Assembly: GCA_965203095.1 (NCBI GenBank)
Contig: OZ241877.1
Location: forward strand, 832,001 to 896,000
Direction of reading: 5' to 3'
Source of the DNA: Bdellovibrionales bacterium
GTDB taxonomy: Bacteria > Bdellovibrionota > Bdellovibrionia > Bdellovibrionales > UBA1609
Length of the DNA: 64,000 nucleotides
Below the pieces are notes generated by a model. It had not been told where the DNA came from, ran no database searches, and was given only the letters and a program-made list of their open reading frames with translations. A program made the position numbers and the translations under genes. Numbering within the stretch: the first letter of the stretch is position 1; every line of letters starts with the position of its first letter. Shown one piece after another: positions 1-10,420 of this stretch.

Positions 1-112
1 AAGTAAGCTAAAGAGATCAAAAACACAACAAAAAAAGGAATTTATTCCCGGACAAAAAGAGCTTTTTACAATTTAAGCATTTTTAAACTATCCTTTTTTA
101 GTTCAGGAAATA

Positions 113-655
113 TTACTTGATCATAAAAGCCATATATCTTGAAAAAGAATGTGTTTTATAATCAAAGTTCAGTTCTCCGGAAAAAAGCAGTTGGCTGTGG
201 GGGAATTTATCCTTCAGCTCTTCTTTTGAATGAACAGGGGCAATATGCTCTTTGTGCAGGAGATCACATGCTTGAAGAGCAATAGTTTTTCCAGTAGGAA
301 TATTGTCATACCACAGCCGGGAGGAAAAGTGCTCAACAGAAGTGTTGATGATAATATCAGGCTTTTCGGAATCGGCAAAAGCCAAATCTTTATAATCCAA
401 CTGATTGCAGTCTATGGTTTTGGCTTTAAACTTCCAAGCCCGGCAAAGCCAGTTTTCATTAAGGCTATCCGCTATTTTTTCGGAGAGAGGATCTTTGTCA
501 AATAGCCGGATGGTTTTAATTTTTAAATTCTCCCGGCTCAGCAATAAAAAAGGAAGGAGCCCTACCCATCCACCCAAAATCCATATTGTTTGAGATTCTT
601 TTTTGCTAATAAAAAGCTTTTCCAACTCCCGGCAAAGCCAAAGCTTGGATTCCAC
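113..655 (-). CDS. Class I SAM-dependent methyltransferase-like protein; start probably further upstream, at ATT 706
   Basis: ILGGWVG glycine loop, acidic D after the second strand (LFDKD), INTSVEH motif; the open frame extends upstream as ...LSRDVFSSGQVESKLWL. Confidence 0.6.
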   Translation of the reverse strand: MESKLWLCRELEKLFISKKESQTIWILGGWVGLLPFLLLSRENLKIKTIRLFDKDPLSEKIADSLNENWLCRAWKFKAKTIDCNQLDYKDLAFADSEKPDIIINTSVEHFSSRLWYDNIPTGKTIALQACDLLHKEHIAPVHSKEELKDKFPHSQLLFSGELNFDYKTHSFSRYMAFMIK

Positions 656-724
656 CTGGCCTGATGAAAAAACATCTCGGCTAAGCTTTATATTGTTTTC
701 TTTAATCTTCCTCTCCTCCAGCCA

Positions 725-853
725 TTCCTGTAAATGTTCAGTATTTCGCTGACAGAATCATTTTTTAACCTTTTCAACTGTTTTTGTCCAAAGGCTGTTT
801 CATGAGGGTCCAAGGTATTTCCGTCCCGAAATGGAACAGCCTTTGGACAAAAA
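725..853 (+). repeat. Hairpin element family 1, copy A (stem 781-803/831-853, loop 804-830) plus a 34-nt flank shared with 13460-13493
   Basis: 23-bp inverted repeat with one T/G pair around GAGGGTCCAAGGTATTTCCGTCCCGAA; loop recurs four more times in the window. Confidence 0.9.
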
Positions 854-943
854 GCTAAGGAATAAGGTTTTTTAATAAATTTTTGTGGAAAAGATTGAGA
901 TTCCTGGATGACTGTTTGCACGGGATTGATTGGCTGTTAGTTT

Positions 944-1684
944 TTAAACAATTAATCCTCCAGTCACTTCTAACAAGGCACCGTTAATATAGCCGGCCTC
1001 CTCAGAGCACAAAAACAAACAGGCAGAAGAGACATCCTCCACTTGGCCAATCCTACTGGTGGGGATTTTTTCTATAAGGTTTTTAATTAAATCTTCCGGC
1101 ATATCCTTTAAAATATCTGTTTGAATAAGGCCGGGGACCAAAGCATTTACAGTCCAACCTTTCCGGCCCAATTCCCTGGCCCAAACTTTTGTTAAAGCGA
1201 GCACCCCTGCTTTAGAGGCAGAATAATTGCTTTGGCCAAAAAAGCCATAAAGTGCAGAGATGCTGGAAAGATTCACAATCCTTTTAAAAGATCCAGTAGT
1301 AAAATGAGGCAACAAATACTTTGTGCTTAAAAAAACGCCATTCAAATTAGTCCCCATGACAGAGGAATATTCTTCCCAAGTCATTTTTGATAAACTTCGA
1401 TCTTTAAGAATGCCGGCATTATTGATTAAAAAATCTATGGGTGCAGGCAAACCTCTTGTAGCATGAAAGCAGGACTCTTTTTGGGAGACATCCACTTGCT
1501 GAACGGATACTGAGGGGAAGTCCTGTTTCAACCGCTTTATACACTTTGGAGACTTTTCCCAAACCAGCACTTCCGCTTTAGCAAAAAAAAAGCTCTCCAC
1601 TATTTTCCGGCCAATCCCTTGCCCCCCACCTGTGACAAGAACCCGTTTGCCGGAAAAATCAAACTGAATATTGCCCATATTCAA
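944..1684 (-). CDS. fabG: 3-oxoacyl-ACP reductase-like short-chain dehydrogenase
   Basis: TGGGQGIG, NNAG, YSASK motifs. Confidence 0.8.
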   Translation of the reverse strand: MNMGNIQFDFSGKRVLVTGGGQGIGRKIVESFFFAKAEVLVWEKSPKCIKRLKQDFPSVSVQQVDVSQKESCFHATRGLPAPIDFLINNAGILKDRSLSKMTWEEYSSVMGTNLNGVFLSTKYLLPHFTTGSFKRIVNLSSISALYGFFGQSNYSASKAGVLALTKVWARELGRKGWTVNALVPGLIQTDILKDMPEDLIKNLIEKIPTSRIGQVEDVSSACLFLCSEEAGYINGALLEVTGGLIV

Positions 1685-1690
1685 TATCCT

Positions 1691-2875
1691 TTAGATAACA
1701 GCTCGCCCGGCCAGCTCTTTAGTAATGTTTTTTTCCAAAGCTTCGTTAGTCCCGCCACCAATTTCCAATAATTTAGCATCTCTCCAAAGCCTCTCCACAA
1801 TGTATTCGCCTACATAGCCATAACCACCCAATATTTGTATAGCTCGATCCGCTATATTTTTACCCGTCTTAGCGGATAAAAGTTTGACGCTGTCACAAGC
1901 CAAGCGATGCTTTTTTAAAGGCTCTGCTTCCACCTGACGAGCCGTCTCATAAGCATAAGTCCGGCTGGCCTGAAACTCCGCATAACTCCGGGCAATATGG
2001 CTTTGAATTTGACCAAAAGAGCGAATGCTTTTTTGAAAAGATTTTCTCTCAGAGCTATAATTATTCATAATACTTAAACATCTACTGGCAATCCCTAAAG
2101 ACATGCCAGCCAATGCCAACCTCTCCACCTCTAAGTTTTTCATCATTTGCTGAAGGCCATCTCCTTCATCCCCTACCCGATACTTAAGAGGGATCTCACA
2201 GTTGTCAAAAATCAATTCCGCAGTGGAGGAGGCCCTCATCCCTAATTTATCTTTAATTTGTTGGCCAACAGAAAAACCCTTAAAACCCTTTTCCACAACA
2301 AAAGTAGAGATTTTATCCTTAGTTTTAGCGTAAAGCAGACAAATATCACAAGGCTTTTTACCATCCGGACAGGCATTGGTGATCCACATTTTTCGCCCGT
2401 TTAAAATGTATTTATCGCCTTTTTTAACTGCATAACTTTTCATAGCTAAAACATCGGTCCCACAGTCCGGCTCCGACATAGCCATAGCTCCTATTTTTTT
2501 GCCACTGGAGAGATCCGGAAGGCACAGTTTTTTAAGATCTTCGCTGGCATTTCGGGAAATGTTGTAAGCACACAAAACACTGTGAGCTAAATAGGCCAAA
2601 CAAAAACCAGGGTCTGACCGGCTCAATTCTTCATGAACTAAAAGCATAGCTGTCAGATCCATATTGGATCCGCCCAAGCTCTCCTCTCGAACCAGCAGGC
2701 CCAACAAACCCGCAGGACCTAATTTTTGGAATAACTTAAGGTTAAATTTTTCTGCCCTATCCCCCTCTAAAGCTTGTGGTTCCAACTCTTTTTGTGCAAA
2801 AGAGGAGGACAGATCCCTTAAAGCTTTGTGTTCCGGAGTAGGCTCAAAGAGAGAAAAACTTTTCCAGTGGGACAT
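1691..2875 (-). CDS. Acyl-CoA dehydrogenase (isovaleryl-CoA dehydrogenase-like)
   Basis: GAMAMSEPDCGTD, NGRKMWITN, KLGMRASSTAEL, QILGGYGY, EIGGGTNE. Confidence 0.92.
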   Translation of the reverse strand: MSHWKSFSLFEPTPEHKALRDLSSSFAQKELEPQALEGDRAEKFNLKLFQKLGPAGLLGLLVREESLGGSNMDLTAMLLVHEELSRSDPGFCLAYLAHSVLCAYNISRNASEDLKKLCLPDLSSGKKIGAMAMSEPDCGTDVLAMKSYAVKKGDKYILNGRKMWITNACPDGKKPCDICLLYAKTKDKISTFVVEKGFKGFSVGQQIKDKLGMRASSTAELIFDNCEIPLKYRVGDEGDGLQQMMKNLEVERLALAGMSLGIASRCLSIMNNYSSERKSFQKSIRSFGQIQSHIARSYAEFQASRTYAYETARQVEAEPLKKHRLACDSVKLLSAKTGKNIADRAIQILGGYGYVGEYIVERLWRDAKLLEIGGGTNEALEKNITKELAGRAVI

Positions 2876-2988
2876 AATATGTTCCTTTTTTAAAACCTTA
2901 CCTTTTTAAAATAACATAAACTCTATAAGCCGTCCAGCTCTCTTTTTGCTATTTGCTAAATCCCAGCCAAAGGAGGAAAACTATTTTT

Positions 2989-4032
2989 TTAAAATGCGGT
3001 CTCCTCCTCCCAATCACCTTCAAAAAATTGCTCGATAGATATTTTATTCATGGCATAACCTAAGCAATCTGAGCGAGCAATGGCCTGATTTTTTGTAAGC
3101 ATAGAGGGGATAAAAGAGGATTTGACTGTTAAACGATTTTGATTGATAGAAAAATATTGAGTTAAAATATTTCTTCCCGCTTTATCTATAAGTTTTAATT
3201 TTTTAGAGTTTTTAATTTTCCCTAAGAATTGGCCCACAGGCAGTTTTTTAAAATTTAAATCTTCCAGTTCATTTATAAAACAAAAATGGCTATTTTTTAA
3301 AACCAGAGGAGAACGAAAAGAGAGCACAGAATCCTTATCTATGCGAATAACCGCAAAAGTGTAATAAATATGAGAAATTGTGATTTTATTATTCTCCCAT
3401 TGATCATCGGGATCTAAAAGAGTCTCTATCAGTTGAACTCCTTTTATTAGGCCCTGGGGGGTCCCTGGAAGACCGCACTCAATCACCACAGCCGGACATA
3501 TATCCGCTAAAGCTATAGATAAAACAGAATCAGGCTGAGTAAAATAAACAATATTGTTGGAAAAATTTTGAGCTATTTTTAAAGCCTTCTTCCCCTTTTG
3601 ATTGATACAGGCATAAAGAGGATTTTTCCCACTGTTGTTGTGAATATCCACCCCCAATTTAACTTTTTGATCTTGTGCGTATTGCAAGACGGATCGAGCT
3701 AAAGGGTGATTAAGAGATTTATGCCATATCCGGTTAAAATCTGGTTGATGGCTTAAATGACGCTGGCCCTTGGCCCCGGCCTCCGGATTGCCAATAAAGA
3801 AAATGAGACTCCTTGGCAAAGCTCTTCCCTGATATTTTTTTAAAATTTTTTGCAGGATAATAAAACCAGAAAACTCATTGCCATGAACCAAAACAGAAAT
3901 AAAAAGAGGTTGATCTTTTTCCCCCTTCAGATGGATTAGTGTTGGGCTATCAATAATTTTTGTTATTTCATGAGCTTTAATGCTCAATAAACCATCAGGG
4001 ATTTTCTTTATAATTTTTAAATGCTTATTCAT
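2989..4032 (-). CDS. Succinylglutamate desuccinylase/aspartoacylase family (M14-like) hydrolase
   Basis: VHGNE, DFNR, DIHNN and IECG zinc/catalytic motifs. Confidence 0.85.
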   Translation of the reverse strand: MNKHLKIIKKIPDGLLSIKAHEITKIIDSPTLIHLKGEKDQPLFISVLVHGNEFSGFIILQKILKKYQGRALPRSLIFFIGNPEAGAKGQRHLSHQPDFNRIWHKSLNHPLARSVLQYAQDQKVKLGVDIHNNSGKNPLYACINQKGKKALKIAQNFSNNIVYFTQPDSVLSIALADICPAVVIECGLPGTPQGLIKGVQLIETLLDPDDQWENNKITISHIYYTFAVIRIDKDSVLSFRSPLVLKNSHFCFINELEDLNFKKLPVGQFLGKIKNSKKLKLIDKAGRNILTQYFSINQNRLTVKSSFIPSMLTKNQAIARSDCLGYAMNKISIEQFFEGDWEEETAF

Positions 4033-4040
4033 CTTTTAAG

Positions 4041-5462
4041 TTATACTTTCCATTGATAAACAGGGAGGTTTTTTTGTTGATTTTCCCAATAGATCTGGAC
4101 CAACTTATCAAATTTTTTCCCAAATTTATGGATAAAGGCTTTTTGCCATTTTGCACCGGTTTGTCCGGAATGCACTCTGTTTTTTATTACATCATGGATC
4201 CAATAATCTGTTTGAGAGTTATCTAAAGATAAGTTTTTTATCTCTTCCCACACTAAAGGAATTAGTTTTTTTAAAATAAGCTGGCTAAGTTCATAAGTGT
4301 TCCCGTCCCACCAAGGGCCCTCTGCTGAAAGCCCCCACCGGGAGGCTCGATAAAAAAACTCCTCCAACTTTGAAAAAGCAATATAAGGGGTTTTGCCCTC
4401 TATGTTTTTTCTTATTAAAGAGATCAAACCGATAAAGAAAATAATGTTAGCTTGCATATCTACAAGGCTGGGGCCGGAAGAAGGAACTCTGTGCTCAATA
4501 CGAAAATGAGGAACTCCCTTTTTATCAAAGCCAACAAGAATGCGATTCCATCTCCAGATAGATCCATTGTGAAGCAGTAAATGTTCTAACCGCCCTTTTC
4601 CTCCTTTTTTTATTTCCGGAAGCAAAACAGGATGAAAAAGGTTTTGATCAAAAAGTTCTGACACGCATTGATTGACAAAACCATGACCTAAACCCACACG
4701 AGAAACCGGGGGATCGCTTGTAGATTTTAAAGAGATCACCTGCTCAAAAAGAGGGATGCGGGACTCCTCCCAAAGCTCCTTCCCGCGAATAAAAGGGGAG
4801 TTAGCACAGAGGGCACTCATTATAGGGCTGGCAATTAAAGCCGAATTGTAAAAATCTTTAGCCTGCAAATAAGCCACTTGAAGATGAATTTGTAAAGAAG
4901 TGGTTTCAGCCTCGTGCATAACACTGGAAGTTTCCAAACGGAGGCTATCTTTTCCTTGTATATGAATTTGAGCCTTGCTTTTTCTTAAAAAAAGGATGCG
5001 ATCATTTATGGCATAATATCTGTTTTGCGGAAAAATTTGATCCATCCCAAAAGCCACCTGTGTAATATCGGGATAAGTGCCAATAAACAAAACTCGCCCT
5101 TGATGAGCTTGAGTTGCTTGAGCACATTTCTTCCAATAAAATTGAAAATCCTCCTCTAAGTTTTGAGCTAAGTTGGCCTTCAGCTCAAAAGGCTTTCCGT
5201 TAATTTCAAAGTTAAATTTAGAAAGCTCTGGGGTAATGTGCGGGTCTTTAACAATCTTCAGCAGTTTCTCACTAAAAGCATACGGAAGGGCTTTTTTGTT
5301 GATAATCCAGCCTTCTGCTTCATAACCACAAACTAATGGGGAATTTGTAAAACGACCGTCAGAGATCCACTGCTGGAGCTGTTTTGTCTCTTCCTTAAGG
5401 TGGAGAGCAAACTCCTCTTCCTGTGCTTTTGTCCAATGAGATTGGCTGATTTCCTGACCCAT
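4041..5462 (-). CDS. Glutamate--cysteine ligase (GCS2)-family carboxylate-amine ligase
   Basis: GYEAEGW, ELSKFNFEIN, TSLQIHLQV, ANSPF, WEESRIPLFEQ, RIEHR. Confidence 0.85.
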   Translation of the reverse strand: MGQEISQSHWTKAQEEEFALHLKEETKQLQQWISDGRFTNSPLVCGYEAEGWIINKKALPYAFSEKLLKIVKDPHITPELSKFNFEINGKPFELKANLAQNLEEDFQFYWKKCAQATQAHQGRVLFIGTYPDITQVAFGMDQIFPQNRYYAINDRILFLRKSKAQIHIQGKDSLRLETSSVMHEAETTSLQIHLQVAYLQAKDFYNSALIASPIMSALCANSPFIRGKELWEESRIPLFEQVISLKSTSDPPVSRVGLGHGFVNQCVSELFDQNLFHPVLLPEIKKGGKGRLEHLLLHNGSIWRWNRILVGFDKKGVPHFRIEHRVPSSGPSLVDMQANIIFFIGLISLIRKNIEGKTPYIAFSKLEEFFYRASRWGLSAEGPWWDGNTYELSQLILKKLIPLVWEEIKNLSLDNSQTDYWIHDVIKNRVHSGQTGAKWQKAFIHKFGKKFDKLVQIYWENQQKNLPVYQWKV

Positions 5463-5509
5463 AAAAATAGCTCCTCTGTCTTTTAGTGTTAGGGTTTAAG
5501 CGGTAATTT

Positions 5510-6742
5510 TTATTGGACTGGCCCCACTGTAGATCCCATCACACGAGTTTTAATAGATACTGATAAACGAGACATTTTTTGACTCAACTCCAAAACATTT
5601 TCTTTTTCTAAATCCATAATCAAATAGCCAATCCACTTGTTGGTGGCTAAATATTGAGTTTTAATATTGACTCCCGATTCAGAAATCAATTTGTTGATCT
5701 GGCTTAAAACCCCCGGCTGATTTTTATGAACATTAGTCACACGAGTTGCGTTTTCAGGAACAGGGGGAGCTAAAAGCGAAGGGAAGTTGACAGAGTTTTG
5801 GACAGTCCCTGTTTGTAAAAAATCCTTCAGACTTTTAGATACTTCAAAAGCAATGGAGGCTTGGGCCTCTTCAGTGCTTCCTCCTATATGAGGGGTTAAA
5901 ACAACATGTTTCATTTTTTGCAAAGGAGAATTAAAAAGAGCAGAACTGGCACTGGGCTCTTCCGGAAAAACATCTATTGCCACCCCTGCAATTTGACGAG
6001 CCTCTAAAGCGGATTTAAGAGAGATCAGATCCACAACAGTTCCTCTGCTGGTGTTAATGAGAAAGCTGTTTTTTTTCATATACCCCAATTCTTTTTTAGA
6101 GATAAGTTTTTTAGTTTGTGGGGTTTCCGGAACATGAAGAGTCACAAAATCAGCCATCTTTAAAAGGTTTTTTAGGTGAAAACAGGGTTTAGAATTGCCA
6201 ATAGGAAGTTTGTTGACAATATCATAGTAAAGAACTCTCATCCCCAAAGCCTCTGCTAAAACACTTACCTGACTCCCAATATGCCCATAGCCTATAATGC
6301 CAAGAGTTTTCCCTCTCAACTCAAAACAACCTTCAGTAAACTTTTCCCACCGCCCCTCTCTCATATTTTGAAAATGATCAAAAAGGGATCGGGAAAGCCC
6401 AACCATTAAACCTATTACCATTTCTGCCACACTTCTGGTATTGCCAAAAGGGGCGTTAAAAACAGGAACTCCCCTTTTGCAAGCATTATCCAAGTCAATT
6501 TGATTGACCCCAATGCAAAAAGCCCCAATACAGTCTAACTGGGAATGAGACAAAACCTCTTTGTTAATAAAAGTTCGGGACCGGGTGCAAAGAACATTAA
6601 TATTTTTTAATTTTTGAATAAGCTCTTTAGTGGATGGGGCTTTCTTCAACCTTTCGATATTGAGGCCCAACTCCTGCAAGGTCTCTTCTGCCTGTTTGTG
6701 GATCTTTTCAGTTAAAAGAGCTTTAAGAGATAAAGATTTCAC
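5510..6742 (-). CDS. serA: D-3-phosphoglycerate dehydrogenase
   Basis: GAFCIG, NTRSVAE, GIIGYGHIG, TPHIGGSTEEAQ, C-terminal ACT domain. Confidence 0.95.
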   Translation of the reverse strand: MKSLSLKALLTEKIHKQAEETLQELGLNIERLKKAPSTKELIQKLKNINVLCTRSRTFINKEVLSHSQLDCIGAFCIGVNQIDLDNACKRGVPVFNAPFGNTRSVAEMVIGLMVGLSRSLFDHFQNMREGRWEKFTEGCFELRGKTLGIIGYGHIGSQVSVLAEALGMRVLYYDIVNKLPIGNSKPCFHLKNLLKMADFVTLHVPETPQTKKLISKKELGYMKKNSFLINTSRGTVVDLISLKSALEARQIAGVAIDVFPEEPSASSALFNSPLQKMKHVVLTPHIGGSTEEAQASIAFEVSKSLKDFLQTGTVQNSVNFPSLLAPPVPENATRVTNVHKNQPGVLSQINKLISESGVNIKTQYLATNKWIGYLIMDLEKENVLELSQKMSRLSVSIKTRVMGSTVGPVQ

Positions 6743-6840
6743 TTATAATTTCCTTTTAATGTGTTGATCTCAGTTGCTAAAAAGCCTGGGGAGCTTTTTA
6801 GCAAGCTTTTTCAAAACCGACTAAGTAGGACAAATAAAGT

Positions 6841-8235
6841 TCAATCAGGAAAAGAGCAAATAAAAACGCTCCCCTCCCTCAATTCACTTTGAACTTTTAT
6901 AGTTCCACCATGTTTTTCTATAAGTTGTTTTACAATAGAGAGGCCAATACCCGCTCCTTTTACTGAAGTTCGAGAAGGATCCACCCTGTAAAACCTTTCA
7001 AACAACCGGCTTTTGTGCCGGCCAGCTATCCCTTCCCCATGATCCCGCACTTCTAATTGGACATAAGTTAATTTTTTTGTCCATACAATTTCAATCAATC
7101 GGCCAGAGGGGACATATTTAATCGCATTGTCAATCAAGTTGTAAAGAATCTGTTTTAAAAAATGGCGATCAGCCTTCACTGTTTTTTGCAAAAAATCCAT
7201 CTTGATTTCGTGATTTTTGATATGTAAATCCCGAACAATAGATCGAGTGATCTCCTCAGTGCTTAAGGTTTGTTTTTTTAACTCCGCTGGAGACTCCATC
7301 TGAGAAAGCTCTAAAAAGTGGTTTAATAGGGAAACCAGCCTTTGAACATTTCTTTGGATAATGCCTAAAAACTGTTTGATTTGCTCTTTACTGTTGGTCT
7401 CTATTTCATCTAATAGAGTGCCCACATAGCCTTGAATAGTGGTTAAAGGGGTCCTCAACTCATGGGAGACATTGGTGATAAAGTCCAACTGTATCTTTTC
7501 TGTTTTACGAATGTTGGAAATATCATAAAAAAGCCCTACCGCCCCGTGAATTTTGTTGTTGGCTCTTTTTAGCGGTGCCACTGTGATTTCATAAATGAAA
7601 GTTTCCTCCTCTGTGTCAAAAAAACCAATGGATAAAGTTTTTTTAATAACATTTTTTTTTCGCAAACACTCCTCATAAGCATGAAGAATATCGGGGTTTC
7701 TTATCATTTCACTTAAAAGCAGTTCCTGTTTGTAAGGTCTTTTTTGTGATGAAAAAAGCAAGGTGGCCTGATTGTTGAAAAACAAAACTTTTTTATTTTG
7801 ATCAATAGCTAAAATAGCCCCCGTCAAGGCGGAGATCACGGCCTCTAACTCAGAGGATTCTTGAGATATGATCTTCTCCTGCCATTTTAATCTGCTGTGG
7901 ATATGATTTAAGTTGGTGTTCAGTTCATAAAACTCTCCCGGCTCTTCATCTAAATAAGAAGATGAATCTTTATCAAAGGAATCTTTACCCTTAGCAATGT
8001 CTTGAACTCTTGTAAAAATCCGGGCCAAAGAATGGAGCAGGCGAATAAACAAAAAAGCAAAAACAAAGCCACAAAAAAGAAAACACAATAAAAATATATA
8101 AACAAACTGGGAAAGATCATAAGAGCTAAAAAATATATAGTAAGAAGATAAACCAGCAATAAGAAAAAAAAAGAAAAAAATAAATAACCGGCGAAACAGC
8201 CACTTGATCAGTTTGGGAAAAGGAAATTTTATCAT
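6841..8235 (-). CDS. phoR: Phosphate regulon sensor histidine kinase
   Basis: Two TM helices, PAS-like region, SHELRTPL, NLIDNAIKY, FERFYRVD, GIGL; lies in the pst operon. Confidence 0.88.
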   Translation of the reverse strand: MIKFPFPKLIKWLFRRLFIFFFFFLIAGLSSYYIFFSSYDLSQFVYIFLLCFLFCGFVFAFLFIRLLHSLARIFTRVQDIAKGKDSFDKDSSSYLDEEPGEFYELNTNLNHIHSRLKWQEKIISQESSELEAVISALTGAILAIDQNKKVLFFNNQATLLFSSQKRPYKQELLLSEMIRNPDILHAYEECLRKKNVIKKTLSIGFFDTEEETFIYEITVAPLKRANNKIHGAVGLFYDISNIRKTEKIQLDFITNVSHELRTPLTTIQGYVGTLLDEIETNSKEQIKQFLGIIQRNVQRLVSLLNHFLELSQMESPAELKKQTLSTEEITRSIVRDLHIKNHEIKMDFLQKTVKADRHFLKQILYNLIDNAIKYVPSGRLIEIVWTKKLTYVQLEVRDHGEGIAGRHKSRLFERFYRVDPSRTSVKGAGIGLSIVKQLIEKHGGTIKVQSELREGSVFICSFPD

Positions 8236-8238
8236 AAA

Positions 8239-8952
8239 TTATTTAATAGAGACACGGTAGCCCACCCCTCGGATGGTCTCTATTTTCTCTCCGTAAGTGC
8301 CTAATTTTTTTCTCAAACTGGAAATATGAGTATCAATAGTCCGGCCCGCCACAACCACATCTTCCCCTTGAATAAAACTGGTGATTTGTTTCCGGGACAA
8401 AACTCGACCCTGATGGGCGATAAGCATCTCCAACATTCTAAATTCTGAATAAGTTAAATCTATAACTTGGCCGGACAAAACCACTTTATGAGAATCTCTG
8501 TTGATAGTCAGCTCTCCCATAGATAAAATAGGAGGGCCTTTCCCCTTTTTTTGAGATCTTTGGACAAACTCTGATCTTTCTAAAAGGTTTCTCGCTCTGG
8601 CCCGGAGGACATTAAAATCAAAAGGTTTGATCATGTAATCATCTGCCCCTGTCTCTAAACCCAAAACAATACTTTCCGGATCGGATTTGGCCGTCACCAT
8701 TAAGATAGGGGTTTCGTATTGAATATGCTCCTTTTTTTTCATCCAAGAGACCAGATCTAAGCCACTGATTTCAGGAATCATCCAATCCATGATCACAAGG
8801 TCATATTTGCTTTTTAAAAGTTTATCATAAGCGATCCGGCCATTTTCAGCTATGTCCACTTCCATGTGCTGTTTAGATAGATGAAAAGACATGAGATCGC
8901 GAATATCCTGCTCATCTTCTACAATCAAAACTTTAGTTCTTTTGATATTCAT
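8239..8952 (-). CDS. phoB: OmpR/PhoB-family response regulator
   Basis: Receiver domain (EDE, DWMIP, KPF) plus winged helix (RTIDTHISSLRKKL, TIRGVGY). Confidence 0.88.
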   Translation of the reverse strand: MNIKRTKVLIVEDEQDIRDLMSFHLSKQHMEVDIAENGRIAYDKLLKSKYDLVIMDWMIPEISGLDLVSWMKKKEHIQYETPILMVTAKSDPESIVLGLETGADDYMIKPFDFNVLRARARNLLERSEFVQRSQKKGKGPPILSMGELTINRDSHKVVLSGQVIDLTYSEFRMLEMLIAHQGRVLSRKQITSFIQGEDVVVAGRTIDTHISSLRKKLGTYGEKIETIRGVGYRVSIK

Positions 8953-8978
8953 AAAATAACTTTCTTGTTTTTTAGAAA

Positions 8979-9650
8979 CTAAGGGTTTTGGTGTTTAATG
9001 TCCAGTCCTGTTTGAAGAAAAACCACTTCCTCTGCAATGTTTGTGGCTTGATCTCCTACCCTTTCTAACTTTTCCGCAATGCCCACAAGCTGAATGCAGG
9101 TGTCAATAAGCTCTGTGTTTTTTAAAATACATTTTTTTAACTCTGAGCAAATTTTGTCCTTAAGTTGATCGGCTTTTTTATCTTGAACAATGACCTCTCT
9201 GGCCAGCTTTTCATCCTCGTTGATAAAAGAATCCAAACAGTTCAAAACCATTACAGAGATATGAGTAAACATTTCCTCTAAACAACGCAAAGAAAGCTCC
9301 AATAAAGGGTCTTCTTTTAAGCTTTTGCCTCTTTTAGCAATGTTTAAAGACAGATCTCCCATTCTCTCTAAAGAAGTATTGGCGGAAATAATGGATAAAA
9401 TCATTCGCAAATCTTTAGCTACAGGAGATTGAACCGCTAAAAACCGGTAACAGTATTTACCTAATTTGATTTGAAGGCTATCAATCTCTATTTCCCTATC
9501 GCGAATGGTGTGATAAATTTGCTCTCTGTTCACATTTTTTTGAAAAATGATCATGCTGGCTTCTTTAAGCATTTGCTCCACACAGCCCCCCATACCTGCT
9601 ATAAGGGATTTCAGATGGCTCAGCCGTTCATCAAATAGTTTTACAGACAT
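8979..9650 (-). CDS. phoU: Phosphate signalling complex protein
   Basis: QSPVAKDLR, LERMGD, LERVGDQATNIAE. Confidence 0.95.
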   Translation of the reverse strand: MSVKLFDERLSHLKSLIAGMGGCVEQMLKEASMIIFQKNVNREQIYHTIRDREIEIDSLQIKLGKYCYRFLAVQSPVAKDLRMILSIISANTSLERMGDLSLNIAKRGKSLKEDPLLELSLRCLEEMFTHISVMVLNCLDSFINEDEKLAREVIVQDKKADQLKDKICSELKKCILKNTELIDTCIQLVGIAEKLERVGDQATNIAEEVVFLQTGLDIKHQNP

Positions 9651-10411
9651 TAAAATCTCCCCGTAATATAATCCTCTGACTTAGAACTTTTAGGCTTAGT
9701 AAAAAACCATGAGGTTTTACTGTATTCTACAAGCTCTCCGTTGAGAAGGAAAGCAATATGATCCGACACCCGTGCCGCTTGTTGCATATTATGCGTGACT
9801 ACAATTACTGTCACTTGGCTTTTTAGTTTTTGAATTAACTCCTCAATCCATGAAGTGGAAATAGGGTCCAAGGCCGAGGTCGGCTCATCCATCAGTATCA
9901 CAGAGGGATCTACAGCTAAAGCTCTGGCAATGCAAAGCCTTTGTTGCTGGCCTCCGGAAAGGCTTAAGCCCGGACGATGAAGGCGATCTTTGACTTCTTT
10001 CCATAGAGCTGAGTTTTTTAAAGAAATTTCCACTTTTTCATCCAAAAGGCTTCTTTTCCTAATACCAGAGAGTTTTAAGCCAATAGCTACATTATCATAA
10101 ATACTCATCCCTGGAAAGGGGTTTGGTTTTTGAAAAACCATGCCAATATTCCTCCGAATCAGTGTCGGATCGGTATTGGTGCTGTAAATGTTCTTCCCGT
10201 CCAAAATCACCTCCCCCTCTAAGCGGGCACCCTCTACCTCCTCATGGAGGCGGTTAAGGCAACGGATAAAGGTGGATTTGCCACAACCCGATGGGCCGAT
10301 AATAGCCACTACACTGTGTTTTTTGATAAGCAAATTGATTTTAGATAAAGCCTGTGAGGTTTTAAACCAAGCACTCAGGTTGCTTACTTGTATTAATGTT
10401 TTTTTATCCAT
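9650..10411 (-). CDS. pstB: Phosphate ABC transporter ATP-binding protein
   Basis: [38 protein letters not shown]. Confidence 0.97.
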   Translation of the reverse strand: MDKKTLIQVSNLSAWFKTSQALSKINLLIKKHSVVAIIGPSGCGKSTFIRCLNRLHEEVEGARLEGEVILDGKNIYSTNTDPTLIRRNIGMVFQKPNPFPGMSIYDNVAIGLKLSGIRKRSLLDEKVEISLKNSALWKEVKDRLHRPGLSLSGGQQQRLCIARALAVDPSVILMDEPTSALDPISTSWIEELIQKLKSQVTVIVVTHNMQQAARVSDHIAFLLNGELVEYSKTSWFFTKPKSSKSEDYITGRF

Positions 10412-10420
10412 ATCTCAACT

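Noticed and set aside
688..921. 77-aa ORF
   Set aside because: It is a translation of repeat element A
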